DNA from: Escherichia phage vB_EcoS_Uz-1
Reading direction: 5' to 3' (one strand)
Length of the DNA: 64,000 bases
Sequence record: OP312987.1
Numbering within the stretch: the stretch's first letter is position 1; each line of letters opens with the position of its first letter. Below the pieces are notes generated by a model. It made no database searches. It was not told the DNA's origin and saw only the letters and a program-made list of their open reading frames with translations. The translations under genes and the position numbers were made by a program. Shown here one piece after another: positions 1 through 8,483 of this stretch.

Positions 1-268
1 CGTTTTCTGAATCTTTGCAGAATTCCTCAATACTTTTCTTACGCAGAGTCTCGTTCATAGCTGTTTCTTCAGCTAATTTGTTTACGAATGTATGCATTTC
101 TAACTTAGTACGGATGGCTTGTTTCTCTGCCATAGTAGATACATATGAGTTAAGCATACCTACTGCTTTAGTAGCTGTGCCAAATGTATCTGCAACAGTA
201 GTAGCAGCTGAGTTAACAGTACCAAGTAAAGTTCCTGCGGTCATACGTACAGTAGCTTGAGTAGTCAT
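1..268 (-). CDS. hypothetical protein, 3' end truncated by window edge
   Basis: Minus-strand frame opens at ATG 268..266 with GGAG about 9 nt upstream and stays open to position 1; Thr/Ala-rich product (MTTQATVRMTAGTLLGTVNSAATT...). The plus ORF 15..260 is its antisense. Confidence 0.45.
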   Translation of the reverse strand, partial: MTTQATVRMTAGTLLGTVNSAATTVADTFGTATKAVGMLNSYVSTMAEKQAIRTKLEMHTFVNKLAEETAMNETLRKKSIEEFCKDSEN

Positions 269-469
269 GATGATAGCTCCAATAGTTGATGATAGGACGA
301 CATGTCCATAACATGCGGAGCATGTGTAACGTGTAAGGTGGGGTAGGGTAGTGGCTACAGGGTCAACATACCGGGGGGGCTAGTTGAGTGTAAGGGTGTA
401 GCCCCTGCCACACCACTACAGCCATACATAGCTATCACAATTTTGGTATGCAAAAATAATATAGCTATC

Positions 470-796
470 TCACTTATAAGCAGTTAAATAGGAGGAAATA
501 ACCAGTGAGGGGTTGTAGTCATGGTAATACCAATATGCGTCACTATGGGTAGTGTTTATAGGCATACCAATGTAATCAAATACCCATAAGCAGAAGTGGT
601 TTACTTCATGGATAAGTGTTGGTAAGGGTTCCTGAAAGATACCCATAAGAACCTTATTACCGGAGTAAGAAGTAAACCCTTTACAACCTTCTATGTCTGG
701 TTCATACCCTTTAAGTTTCTTGTACTTCTTAACGAAGGTATCCTGATCAAATACTACCTCTAACTGCACTGGGTAGGGAGATGTGTTTAGTTTCAT
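470..796 (-). CDS. small hypothetical protein, possible sixth member of the paralog array (HEVNH motif)
   Basis: ORF track 108 aa; start overlaps the upstream gene stop (ATGA); contains LIHEVNHF, loosely alignable to the HExxG core of neighbouring paralogs. Confidence 0.5.
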   Translation of the reverse strand: MKLNTSPYPVQLEVVFDQDTFVKKYKKLKGYEPDIEGCKGFTSYSGNKVLMGIFQEPLPTLIHEVNHFCLWVFDYIGMPINTTHSDAYWYYHDYNPSLVISSYLTAYK

Positions 797-1076
797 TGTC
801 TTTCCTTATAGATTGGGGTGTTATCCTCGAAGGATAGGATGTACTTGTCTGTATTGAGATGCCATGGACTGAATCTACCCTGCCAGGACATTGGTGTACC
901 TGGTTCAAGTAGATGTACTTCTGCTTTCTTATTGTGTAAGAAAAGCAATCCTTGTAGTTCATGCAAGGACTGTTCGTCTGGAACCAGGATAAGTATATCA
1001 GCATCTAGGTTAGCTACTTTTTATGGTGGGTGTATTCATCCCAAGGTATTTCTGAATAAATTTTACTGATAACCAT
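793..1076 (-). CDS. paralog-family small protein, frame-shifted in this assembly
   Basis: Hand translation: ATG 1076..1074 gives MVISKIYSEIPWDEYTHHKK then a stop; the adjacent frame continues ...LDADILILVPDEQSLHELQGLLFLHN...YKERQ with the family core motif. The frames join if the T5 run near 1018-1023 gains one base. Not in the ORF track. Confidence 0.4.
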
Positions 1077-1306
1077 TAGATGCTCTCGTCGCTAGATAAA
1101 TATGAGGTAGATGGGTAGAGGGTAATGAGTCTACCGGTTAGAGTAGTTACTACCATAGGTTCTGTAGTGGAGTAGATGTACACAACTATGTGCTCCGGTA
1201 TTTCTACGGAATCTTCTATCTTAATGAATTTGATAGGTTGCCCCAGCATTAAGCAAGTACCAATGAACACTTCTGCTTCTTCGCATTGTTCGTAGTACAT
1301 GGTCAT
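1076..1306 (-). CDS. paralog-family small protein
   Basis: ORF track 76 aa; core EQCEEAEVFIGTCLMLG matches the family motif; N-terminus may lie upstream in another frame. Confidence 0.5.
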   Translation of the reverse strand: MTMYYEQCEEAEVFIGTCLMLGQPIKFIKIEDSVEIPEHIVVYIYSTTEPMVVTTLTGRLITLYPSTSYLSSDESI

Positions 1307-1395
1307 AGGCGTGCTTATTCTAATCCAGTGAGATTTACCTACCCCAGATTAAGGGGACTGGTACTACGATAACTCAAACCATAGAAGCGCATAAC

Positions 1396-1710
1396 TTACT
1401 TCCTTACATAGTAGTAACGGTACTCCTCATCATCATGCCTACAATCCCATTGGTAGTCATCGGATACCATCATGAAAGGTAGAGCGTCTACGCACTTAAA
1501 GTTGGTATATACTGATGGAGGAATGATACATACAACTTTACGGTCATTGCCTGCTAAGAAGAGCTGACCCCTTACTTCATGATAATCCTCTAAGGTAGGA
1601 ACCAAGATTACATGCTGGGGGTTGCTATCTATGACTTCCTCTAAAGTAAAGTCTGTTGTGTACAAGGCTCCCCTTCTAACAAAACTAGGGACGGTCAGTA
1701 TGAATTTCAT
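1396..1710 (-). CDS. paralog-family small protein
   Basis: ORF track 1396..1785; likely start at the internal Met (MKFILTV...); core VILVPTLEDYHEVRGQLFLAGN. Confidence 0.5.
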   Translation of the reverse strand: MKFILTVPSFVRRGALYTTDFTLEEVIDSNPQHVILVPTLEDYHEVRGQLFLAGNDRKVVCIIPPSVYTNFKCVDALPFMMVSDDYQWDCRHDDEEYRYYYVRK

Positions 1711-2074
1711 GGTTGATTTTCCTTCCTTTAGGGATAGGTCTGAAGTAAATGGAAAGTGTTTTATTAAAGAGGTTATGTTCAACAATCATTTCCCAGTCAG
1801 GTACTTTATAGAACCTGACTCCTGGGAAGAACTGTTTGAAGTCTGCATAATCAGTAAGGTCATACACAACTGGTTCAGTAAGTATCACAGTATTGATTTG
1901 CAGGTTTGATAAGAAAAGAGAGCCAACTATCTCGTGGGATTCTTCACAGTCTGGTAGGAAGACTACTTGTTTAGGAGCTAGGAACTTACTTACCATCTCT
2001 GGTTCCCCAGGTAGATAGGGTTCCTGCTTACGAAGTACTCCGGTAATATCAATATCAAAAGCGTAGATGCTCAT
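1685..2074 (-). CDS. paralog-family small protein
   Basis: ORF track 129 aa; core VVFLPDCEESHEIVGSLFLSN clearly related to the 1396, 1076, 793 and 2274 genes. Confidence 0.55.
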   Translation of the reverse strand: MSIYAFDIDITGVLRKQEPYLPGEPEMVSKFLAPKQVVFLPDCEESHEIVGSLFLSNLQINTVILTEPVVYDLTDYADFKQFFPGVRFYKVPDWEMIVEHNLFNKTLSIYFRPIPKGRKINHEIHTDRP

Positions 2075-2273
2075 AATTGCATACCTCCAGAAAAAGAAAT
2101 GGGGTAGAGCCTCTCGACTCTACCCTTACCGTTTTCTATCACGGGTCAGTTCATCACCCTAGATACTTGTGTATCGTTAGCCTACCAGGTAGGAAAGGAG
2201 CCGGGTAACCCTGACTGTAGAAGTTATTAACTCTTTACGAGTACCGCCACTGTCTACTAGGCGGTATGACTAA

Positions 2274-2564
2274 TCACATCGTCACCATCATCCGAACACT
2301 GTCTTTACTTCGTTTGATGGAAACACTATGAGGTAATTTTGTGAAGAACACAAGAGCTGAAAGTCTCTTTTCTAAAGAGTAAGTTTCTCTTGGTTCTAAG
2401 ATCTTAATGCCCGGACGATTCTCTAATAGCATCATCCCAGCTAATTCATGGTAGGAATCTTCATCATGTGTAATGATAATATCATCTGAAAGAATACCAG
2501 CCTTGGTGTGGTCTAGCTCTTTGTATTCATCTTTAGAGTCTAGGACTCTCATATAGATTCTCAA
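2274..2564 (-). CDS. paralog-family small protein
   Basis: ORF track 96 aa; core IIITHDEDSYHELAGMMLLEN. Confidence 0.5.
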   Translation of the reverse strand: MRIYMRVLDSKDEYKELDHTKAGILSDDIIITHDEDSYHELAGMMLLENRPGIKILEPRETYSLEKRLSALVFFTKLPHSVSIKRSKDSVRMMVTM

Positions 2565-2733
2565 AGGTTACTCCTTTTGGGAATAGGGTCATCGGAACAT
2601 TACATACTATTTAGTATCATGAACTTTTTCTATATCATGACTAAAGTGTAACTGTATGGTATGGTTTCTTCAAGGGTAACTCACCCCAAGAAAGAATCTT
2701 CTTTAATAGACATAACTTTGTAGAGAGATAAGT

Positions 2734-3423
2734 ATGAGTGAGCTAACTAAGCAGCAGATTGTTAATGCCCTTCCTGCTAACTTCAAGAACAGTGTAACCC
2801 AGGAGTTGGTGGACACAATTAACAACATTACCCAAGACCAACTGGTTGCTGAAGCATTCCGTGAAAACTTCATCTCTTACTCTGGTGTTATGAAGGAAGG
2901 TAAGTTTAAGACACAGGACTACATGAATGCAGTTCAGTATGTGACTTATAAACACATGGGCTACTCAAATAAGGAAGCCTACTTCAAAACATTCCCTAAC
3001 CGACAAGCAGAACTTGTGGCACGAGGAACCAGTGAAAAAGATATTAGTGCTTATGTATCTGCTTATCACAGAGGTAAGTTAGTTAACCTCATCATGGAAC
3101 AAAGTTTGGTTCCAGTGTGGATTGTTAACCAGGACAATTATCAAAAGGCTATCAACGTTCAGGTTGAACTAATGACCACAGCAGCAAGTGAGAAGGTAAG
3201 ATGTGATGCAGCTAACTCTATCCTTACTCACTTGGCTAAACCAAAAGACCAGGTAACGAATATCAATCTGGACTTGAGAGAGAACTCTGGGTTGACTGAC
3301 CTCAAGGCAACACTTGCTGCATTAGCTGAACAGCAAATTAATGCAATCAATAGTGGAGTACCTACTAAAGAGATTGCTGGTTCTAAACTAGTACGTGCAG
3401 ATGAGGACATTACAGATGTCTGA
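2734..3423 (+). CDS. hypothetical protein, candidate small terminase subunit (by position only)
   Basis: 229-aa ORF immediately upstream of and overlapping the large terminase gene; no motif verified. Confidence 0.5.
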   Translation: MSELTKQQIVNALPANFKNSVTQELVDTINNITQDQLVAEAFRENFISYSGVMKEGKFKTQDYMNAVQYVTYKHMGYSNKEAYFKTFPNRQAELVARGTSEKDISAYVSAYHRGKLVNLIMEQSLVPVWIVNQDNYQKAINVQVELMTTAASEKVRCDAANSILTHLAKPKDQVTNINLDLRENSGLTDLKATLAALAEQQINAINSGVPTKEIAGSKLVRADEDITDV

Positions 3424-5005
3424 GTTAATTAAGCAGGAACTAGATGAATGGTTGGACCAGGTGGATTACTCCTACCTTAATTCATCCAACTATGTTCCTA
3501 GTCAGTTTGCCCTTACCTTTGCCAACTTTATTAAGTTGGTTAATGGCAAGGAAGGTGAATCCAACAAAACACCCCCAGTTCACTTAAAGATGCTGGATAA
3601 GATGATTAGTCCGAACCAGTATGTAGTTAACCTGTGCTTCCGTGGTGCAGGTAAGACTGCTGTGTTCATGGAATACTTTACTTTGTTCCTGGCAGTGTTT
3701 GGTCACTTACCCAGTCTTGGTAAAGTAGAAGGAATGATTTACGTATCCGATTCAATGGATAACGGTGCTAAGTCTGCACGTAAGAATATTGAGTTCCGAT
3801 ATAAGAACAGTGAGTTCCTTCAGCAGTGGATACCTGAAGCTACCTTTACGGATAACCTGTTAGAGTTCCGTAATGCAGAGGGACATAGACTGGGGGTTAA
3901 GTTGTTTGGTGCTAAGACAGGTCTTCGTGGTACGAAGATATATGGTAAACGTCCAACACTCTGTGTACTGGATGACTTGATTAGTGACAGTGATGCAAAC
4001 TCCAAGACAAGCATGGAGGCTATTAAAGATACTGTTTATAAAGGTGTGAACCATGCTCTTGACCCAACCCGTCGTAAAGTAATTTTCAATGGTACTCCCT
4101 TTAATAAGGAAGACATTATCATTGAAGCAGTTGAGTCTGGTGCATGGGATGTCAACGTATGGCCTGTATGTGAGAAGTTCCCTTGTAGCAGAGAAGAGTT
4201 TCAAGGTGCATGGGATGACCGTTTCTCATACGACTACATCAAAGCCCAATATGACATGGCAGTTAAGACAGGTAAGCTGGCTGGCTTCTATCAGGAACTT
4301 ATGCTTCGTATTAGTTCTGAAGATGAGAGACTGGTTCAGGATAGTGAAATTAAATGGTACAGCAGGCAGCAACTATTAAGGATGAAGTCCTGCTACAACT
4401 ATTATATTACAACTGACTTTGCTACTTCGGAGAAACAGACCAGTGACTACAGTGTCATATCAGTTTGGGCTTACAGTTCTAATGGAGATTGGTTCTGGGT
4501 TGATGGTGTGGCTAATCGTCAGCTTATGGATAAAAACTTTGATGACTTATTCCGTCTGGTTCAAGAATACCAACCACAAAACGTTGGGGTCGAGATCACG
4601 GGACAGCAGAATGGGTTTATCTCCCTTCTCCAGAAAGAAATGATTAACCGTAACGTCTTCTTTAACTTTGCATCTTCTGAGGGTGGTAAGCCAGGCATAC
4701 GTCCTGTAACCTCTAAGCTGTCACGATTTAACCTGGTAGTTCCATGGTTCAAAGCTGGTAAGATGTACTTTCCAGAAGAGTTGAGAGATACAACTATTAT
4801 GGGTCTGTTCATGGGCCAGCTTAAACTAGCTACCATTAATGGAATTAAAGGTAAGGATGACTGTATTGATACTATCTCCATGCTGGGTTATCTCAATCCT
4901 TGGAAACCACAAGCAGGCATGACTATGGTGGATAACAAGGGTGATCCGATGTGGGATGACGAAGAAGAAGATAGTGTTAACCCTCTACGTTCATACATTG
5001 TGTGA
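3416..5005 (+). CDS. terL: terminase large subunit
   Basis: About 530 aa with P-loop-like FRGAGKT near the N-terminus, upstream of tail and portal genes in N4-like order. Start chosen at ATG 3416 (GAGG 9 nt upstream, overlaps upstream stop); the ORF track begins at GTG 3395. Confidence 0.8.
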   Translation: MSELIKQELDEWLDQVDYSYLNSSNYVPSQFALTFANFIKLVNGKEGESNKTPPVHLKMLDKMISPNQYVVNLCFRGAGKTAVFMEYFTLFLAVFGHLPSLGKVEGMIYVSDSMDNGAKSARKNIEFRYKNSEFLQQWIPEATFTDNLLEFRNAEGHRLGVKLFGAKTGLRGTKIYGKRPTLCVLDDLISDSDANSKTSMEAIKDTVYKGVNHALDPTRRKVIFNGTPFNKEDIIIEAVESGAWDVNVWPVCEKFPCSREEFQGAWDDRFSYDYIKAQYDMAVKTGKLAGFYQELMLRISSEDERLVQDSEIKWYSRQQLLRMKSCYNYYITTDFATSEKQTSDYSVISVWAYSSNGDWFWVDGVANRQLMDKNFDDLFRLVQEYQPQNVGVEITGQQNGFISLLQKEMINRNVFFNFASSEGGKPGIRPVTSKLSRFNLVVPWFKAGKMYFPEELRDTTIMGLFMGQLKLATINGIKGKDDCIDTISMLGYLNPWKPQAGMTMVDNKGDPMWDDEEEDSVNPLRSYIV

Positions 5006-5011
5006 GGAACC

Positions 5012-5722
5012 ATGCAAAAATTATCAGAAGTATACCGTGGCTTGGCACTAAGTACCTTGAAGGGTACTGGTGCAATCACGGATGATAGATTAGGTATTGA
5101 ACCAGATAGTAAGCCTGAAATACTGGCAGCTATTAATGAAGGACTGGTTCGACTGCATAGTCGTTTCCCCCTTAGGACTAATAGCTGTATTGTGGAGATG
5201 AAGGAAGGACGTACTGATTATCCTCTTCAATCCAAGTATGCTTACTCCAGGTTTACTAAACCTACTCTTGAGATTCAGTATCCGTATATCATGGATGGGT
5301 TCATGAAGCCTTTCCAGGATGATGTTATTAAAATCTTAAATGTGTTTGATAACTCAGGTAACCGACGTAGATTGAACGATGATTCAGACCCCCGTGCTAT
5401 CTTCACCCCACGGCCTGATACTATTCAGTGTATGCGACCTCGACACTTCGAAGCACTTAACGTAACTTATCAGGCAAAGCACCCAGTACTTACGGGTGAT
5501 GAAGAACAGGAAGTTGATTTAGCTGATACGCTAATGACGGCACTTCATAACTGGGTGGGTTATCGTTACCACACTGGTTTGAATACCCCAGAAGCTAATG
5601 CTAAAGCAGCAGAGTATCTGCAAACGTATGAAAGCATCTGTGGTGAGGTTGTTGATTACGACCTGGCTAATGGAAGTATTTCAATTACCGAAACTAAATT
5701 TGAACAACGAGGATGGCGATGA
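5012..5722 (+). CDS. hypothetical virion protein
   Basis: 236-aa ORF with GAGGA upstream of ATG 5012, inside the late structural block. Confidence 0.6.
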   Translation: MQKLSEVYRGLALSTLKGTGAITDDRLGIEPDSKPEILAAINEGLVRLHSRFPLRTNSCIVEMKEGRTDYPLQSKYAYSRFTKPTLEIQYPYIMDGFMKPFQDDVIKILNVFDNSGNRRRLNDDSDPRAIFTPRPDTIQCMRPRHFEALNVTYQAKHPVLTGDEEQEVDLADTLMTALHNWVGYRYHTGLNTPEANAKAAEYLQTYESICGEVVDYDLANGSISITETKFEQRGWR

Positions 5723-7515
5723 ACTCACATACCCCCTTTGATGCAAATCAGGATTGGACCAATCCTTACTGTCATAACAGTTCCAATGACCCTATGGTAG
5801 ATGCACTGCTTGGTAATGCTTACCATGTGGTACGTACTGTCTACTGTAATTTAGGTAACCTCAAACTCATTTATGATTTCTTGAATAAATATGGAATGGT
5901 GCTTGGTGTACAGTCTGAAGCAGAACTTAAAGCATTAACTACTAAAGCTAAGTATGCACGTATCTACGGCTTCTCTCGTACAGGTGACCGTCAGGTAACT
6001 GACTACTTATACGTAGAGGGTGACCGTACAGGTATTTTACCCGATGACACTACTGCAACCGGTTCATGGATTACTGTTGCTACTTCTGGCTCTACTGGTG
6101 GTGGTGGTACTTCTTCCAGTGAAGGTGCTTATATTCCTTGGGTATACAGCAATGGTTCCGCTACTGGTGGTGAAACCACAATTAACGTACCTGACGGTAC
6201 TGTGGGTGTACCTTTTATCATTATTAATGGTGACATGCAGTATGTAGGGCGAGGCTTTGAGTTTAACGCAGATAACCTGTCCGTAACTCTGGCTCAGCCT
6301 CTGGAAGAGGGTGATGAAGTAGTATTCCTTCTGACTGGGGTTCCTGCTGTACCAGATAATCCTAACGTTAACGACTGGGTTCAGATTAATTGGTTATACA
6401 ACAATGGTGCTGCTGTAGGAGGTGAGCAGGTTATTGCTATCCCTTATACCTTCCAGTCTATTCCTGCCGTGTATAAGAATGGACTTCGTTTGTATAAAGG
6501 ATTAACTACTGAGTCCTATACTGCTGACCCGGATAGCCAACGTATACTTCTTACTGAACCACTGACAACCAATGACCGGTTGATTGTGCAAATTGGTGGG
6601 GAAGCACAGGTACTGGAAGCATCAGACCATACTCTTCAGGAAGTTGCTCGTGCTGCTAATGTTAAAGATAGTGAAGTAATCCTTAGTACTGATACTTCTC
6701 AGATACTTAATGGTAAAAAGGTAATTTTTGATGTAGCTACCCAACACTGCTATGCCTTACCTACTTTGCCCAGTAATGTTTATATTACGTCTGTTAATGA
6801 AGGTCAGTTAACATTTTCCCCGGGTAATATAACAGTTGATTTGTTACCACTGGTTGACTCAAAGGAAAACATTGTTGCTGTGGTTAAGGATATCTATTCA
6901 CAGTCAACTGGTTCGGTATCCGTTGGGCATGGTTCAAGAACTGTTGCTGACAATCTAGATGATATCAAGCATTCAGCTAACTACCCTGATTTACAAGCTG
7001 CAATTGACGCTACAAATCCACGTGATGATCTGCTCATTACAGCAGGTACATACCCAGGTGGGTATACTTCAGGTAATGCAAACCTAATCGGTGTAGGTTA
7101 TGGTGTCAATTTTACCCCGGGTATTGGTAAAACTTCTCTTACACTTTCCGAGTCTTCTCGTTTATGGCAATACCGCCATGCGGAAAACTTTCTAATAACT
7201 GGGTCAGTAGATGTACCACAGGGCATCGGCATTACTTTTGGTGGTTCGCCTACACCGAACCTGGATGGGCGTTGGAATTTTAAACACATTGCATTTGACG
7301 GGCTTGACATTGGTGTATTTAAACCTAAAGGGAATATTGGTAATACATACCAACACTGCAGCTATTTAGGGTGTAATTACGGGCATAAAACTGAGTCAGA
7401 TCCAAATATGCACGTGGGGCTGATACATGGAGGGATTGCCATTTTGCAGGCATCAATACTTATGGTATTTACCTTAACGGTTCTGTTGGTGGCCCTGCTC
7501 CAGGTGGTGGTCTAG
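5713..7515 (+). CDS. tail fiber / tailspike-like protein (N-terminal part)
   Basis: 600-aa ORF, Gly/Thr/Ser-rich with an internal tandem repeat of an NG..GGE module; the last ~25 residues are hydrophobic and look out of frame. Confidence 0.65.
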   Translation: MAMNSHTPFDANQDWTNPYCHNSSNDPMVDALLGNAYHVVRTVYCNLGNLKLIYDFLNKYGMVLGVQSEAELKALTTKAKYARIYGFSRTGDRQVTDYLYVEGDRTGILPDDTTATGSWITVATSGSTGGGGTSSSEGAYIPWVYSNGSATGGETTINVPDGTVGVPFIIINGDMQYVGRGFEFNADNLSVTLAQPLEEGDEVVFLLTGVPAVPDNPNVNDWVQINWLYNNGAAVGGEQVIAIPYTFQSIPAVYKNGLRLYKGLTTESYTADPDSQRILLTEPLTTNDRLIVQIGGEAQVLEASDHTLQEVARAANVKDSEVILSTDTSQILNGKKVIFDVATQHCYALPTLPSNVYITSVNEGQLTFSPGNITVDLLPLVDSKENIVAVVKDIYSQSTGSVSVGHGSRTVADNLDDIKHSANYPDLQAAIDATNPRDDLLITAGTYPGGYTSGNANLIGVGYGVNFTPGIGKTSLTLSESSRLWQYRHAENFLITGSVDVPQGIGITFGGSPTPNLDGRWNFKHIAFDGLDIGVFKPKGNIGNTYQHCSYLGCNYGHKTESDPNMHVGLIHGGIAILQASILMVFTLTVLLVALLQVVV

Positions 7516-7520
7516 ATGGA

Positions 7521-8435
7521 TTGGCAATTCGTGATTGCATCATGGAGGCAAGCCCAGGTGGTGGCATTTATTTTAAAGGCAATGGATTAGCTCCTGTAGT
7601 ACCACCTACCATCAGCAATGTATGGTTCGAATTGGTAGCCACTGCAGACACAGTAACTGTTGACGGAGTTCCGCAAGCACCTAGACAGTTGAAACTAGAA
7701 AACGTTCCGGTAACTGTTGCAGAGGGATGCTATTTTAACAATATTGAGTTAATAAACTCTACTCTAGTGGCGAAAAACTGCAGGTTTGATAATGCGTCCG
7801 GTGTGTATGACATTAATGTCAATTCCGGTAGTCAAATCATTGCACATGACCTGATTGTTGGTGGCTCTGTTGGGCCAAAGGTTTTTGTAGAATCTGTATC
7901 GGATGTGTCATTCCCTGTTGCTAATAGTCTGGATTTATCCTTAAGAGGAACCTGTCTGAAAGGACGAATTAAGAGGCTTTCCAATGGTCAGGCAATGCTA
8001 TCTGAATCTTTCGCTGGTGCAGGTCCATGGCAGTTCCTGGGTACTTCTACTGTTGATGCAACTTCCGTAACGGATGGTGTATTGTCAGACACTTGCGGTC
8101 AAATAGTAGTACCAGCAGGAGCTACAGTAATGCTAAATGTACCCGCTAGTTTGGCTCAGTACTACACCCTAGTTTGGGGAGCAAGCCTGAAATTGGTATC
8201 CGGCGATGTAACAGCAACTCTATCGGATAGTATTAATATAGGTAGCTTGTATACCAGTACTGGTGAATGGGTGCACACCTTTGGGGTTGGGCAGTTAGGT
8301 ACTGCTGGTACAGTTAAACTAACCTTTTCCTCCGTGGCAGGTTGCGTTTTACGTATGAGTGATGTGTTTGTTGCTCAGTTTGCTAACAAGTATGATGCAT
8401 ATAATTTTGCTAACTCTCGTATGTCTATTGGCTAA
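7521..8435 (+). CDS. tail fiber / tailspike-like protein (probable C-terminal continuation of 5713 gene)
   Basis: ORF track start is TTG with no SD; this frame is open back to 7395 and reads protein-like sequence (GINTYGIYLNGSVGGPAPGGG...). Confidence 0.5.
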   Translation: MAIRDCIMEASPGGGIYFKGNGLAPVVPPTISNVWFELVATADTVTVDGVPQAPRQLKLENVPVTVAEGCYFNNIELINSTLVAKNCRFDNASGVYDINVNSGSQIIAHDLIVGGSVGPKVFVESVSDVSFPVANSLDLSLRGTCLKGRIKRLSNGQAMLSESFAGAGPWQFLGTSTVDATSVTDGVLSDTCGQIVVPAGATVMLNVPASLAQYYTLVWGASLKLVSGDVTATLSDSINIGSLYTSTGEWVHTFGVGQLGTAGTVKLTFSSVAGCVLRMSDVFVAQFANKYDAYNFANSRMSIG

Positions 8436-8483
8436 ACAGACTGCCTTCGGGGCAGTTCCTTATAGAAAAACAATGAGGTTTAT

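Noticed and set aside
290-470. G-rich repeats (GGGTAGGGTAG, G7 run) as a possible packaging site or replication origin
   Set aside because: Short and unstructured, with no iterons or matching inverted repeats; nothing testable from sequence alone.
7390-7520. Programmed -1 ribosomal frameshift in the tail fiber gene
   Set aside because: No slippery heptamer with a downstream structure was evident, and many unrelated genes show similar breaks, so indel error is the more economical explanation.
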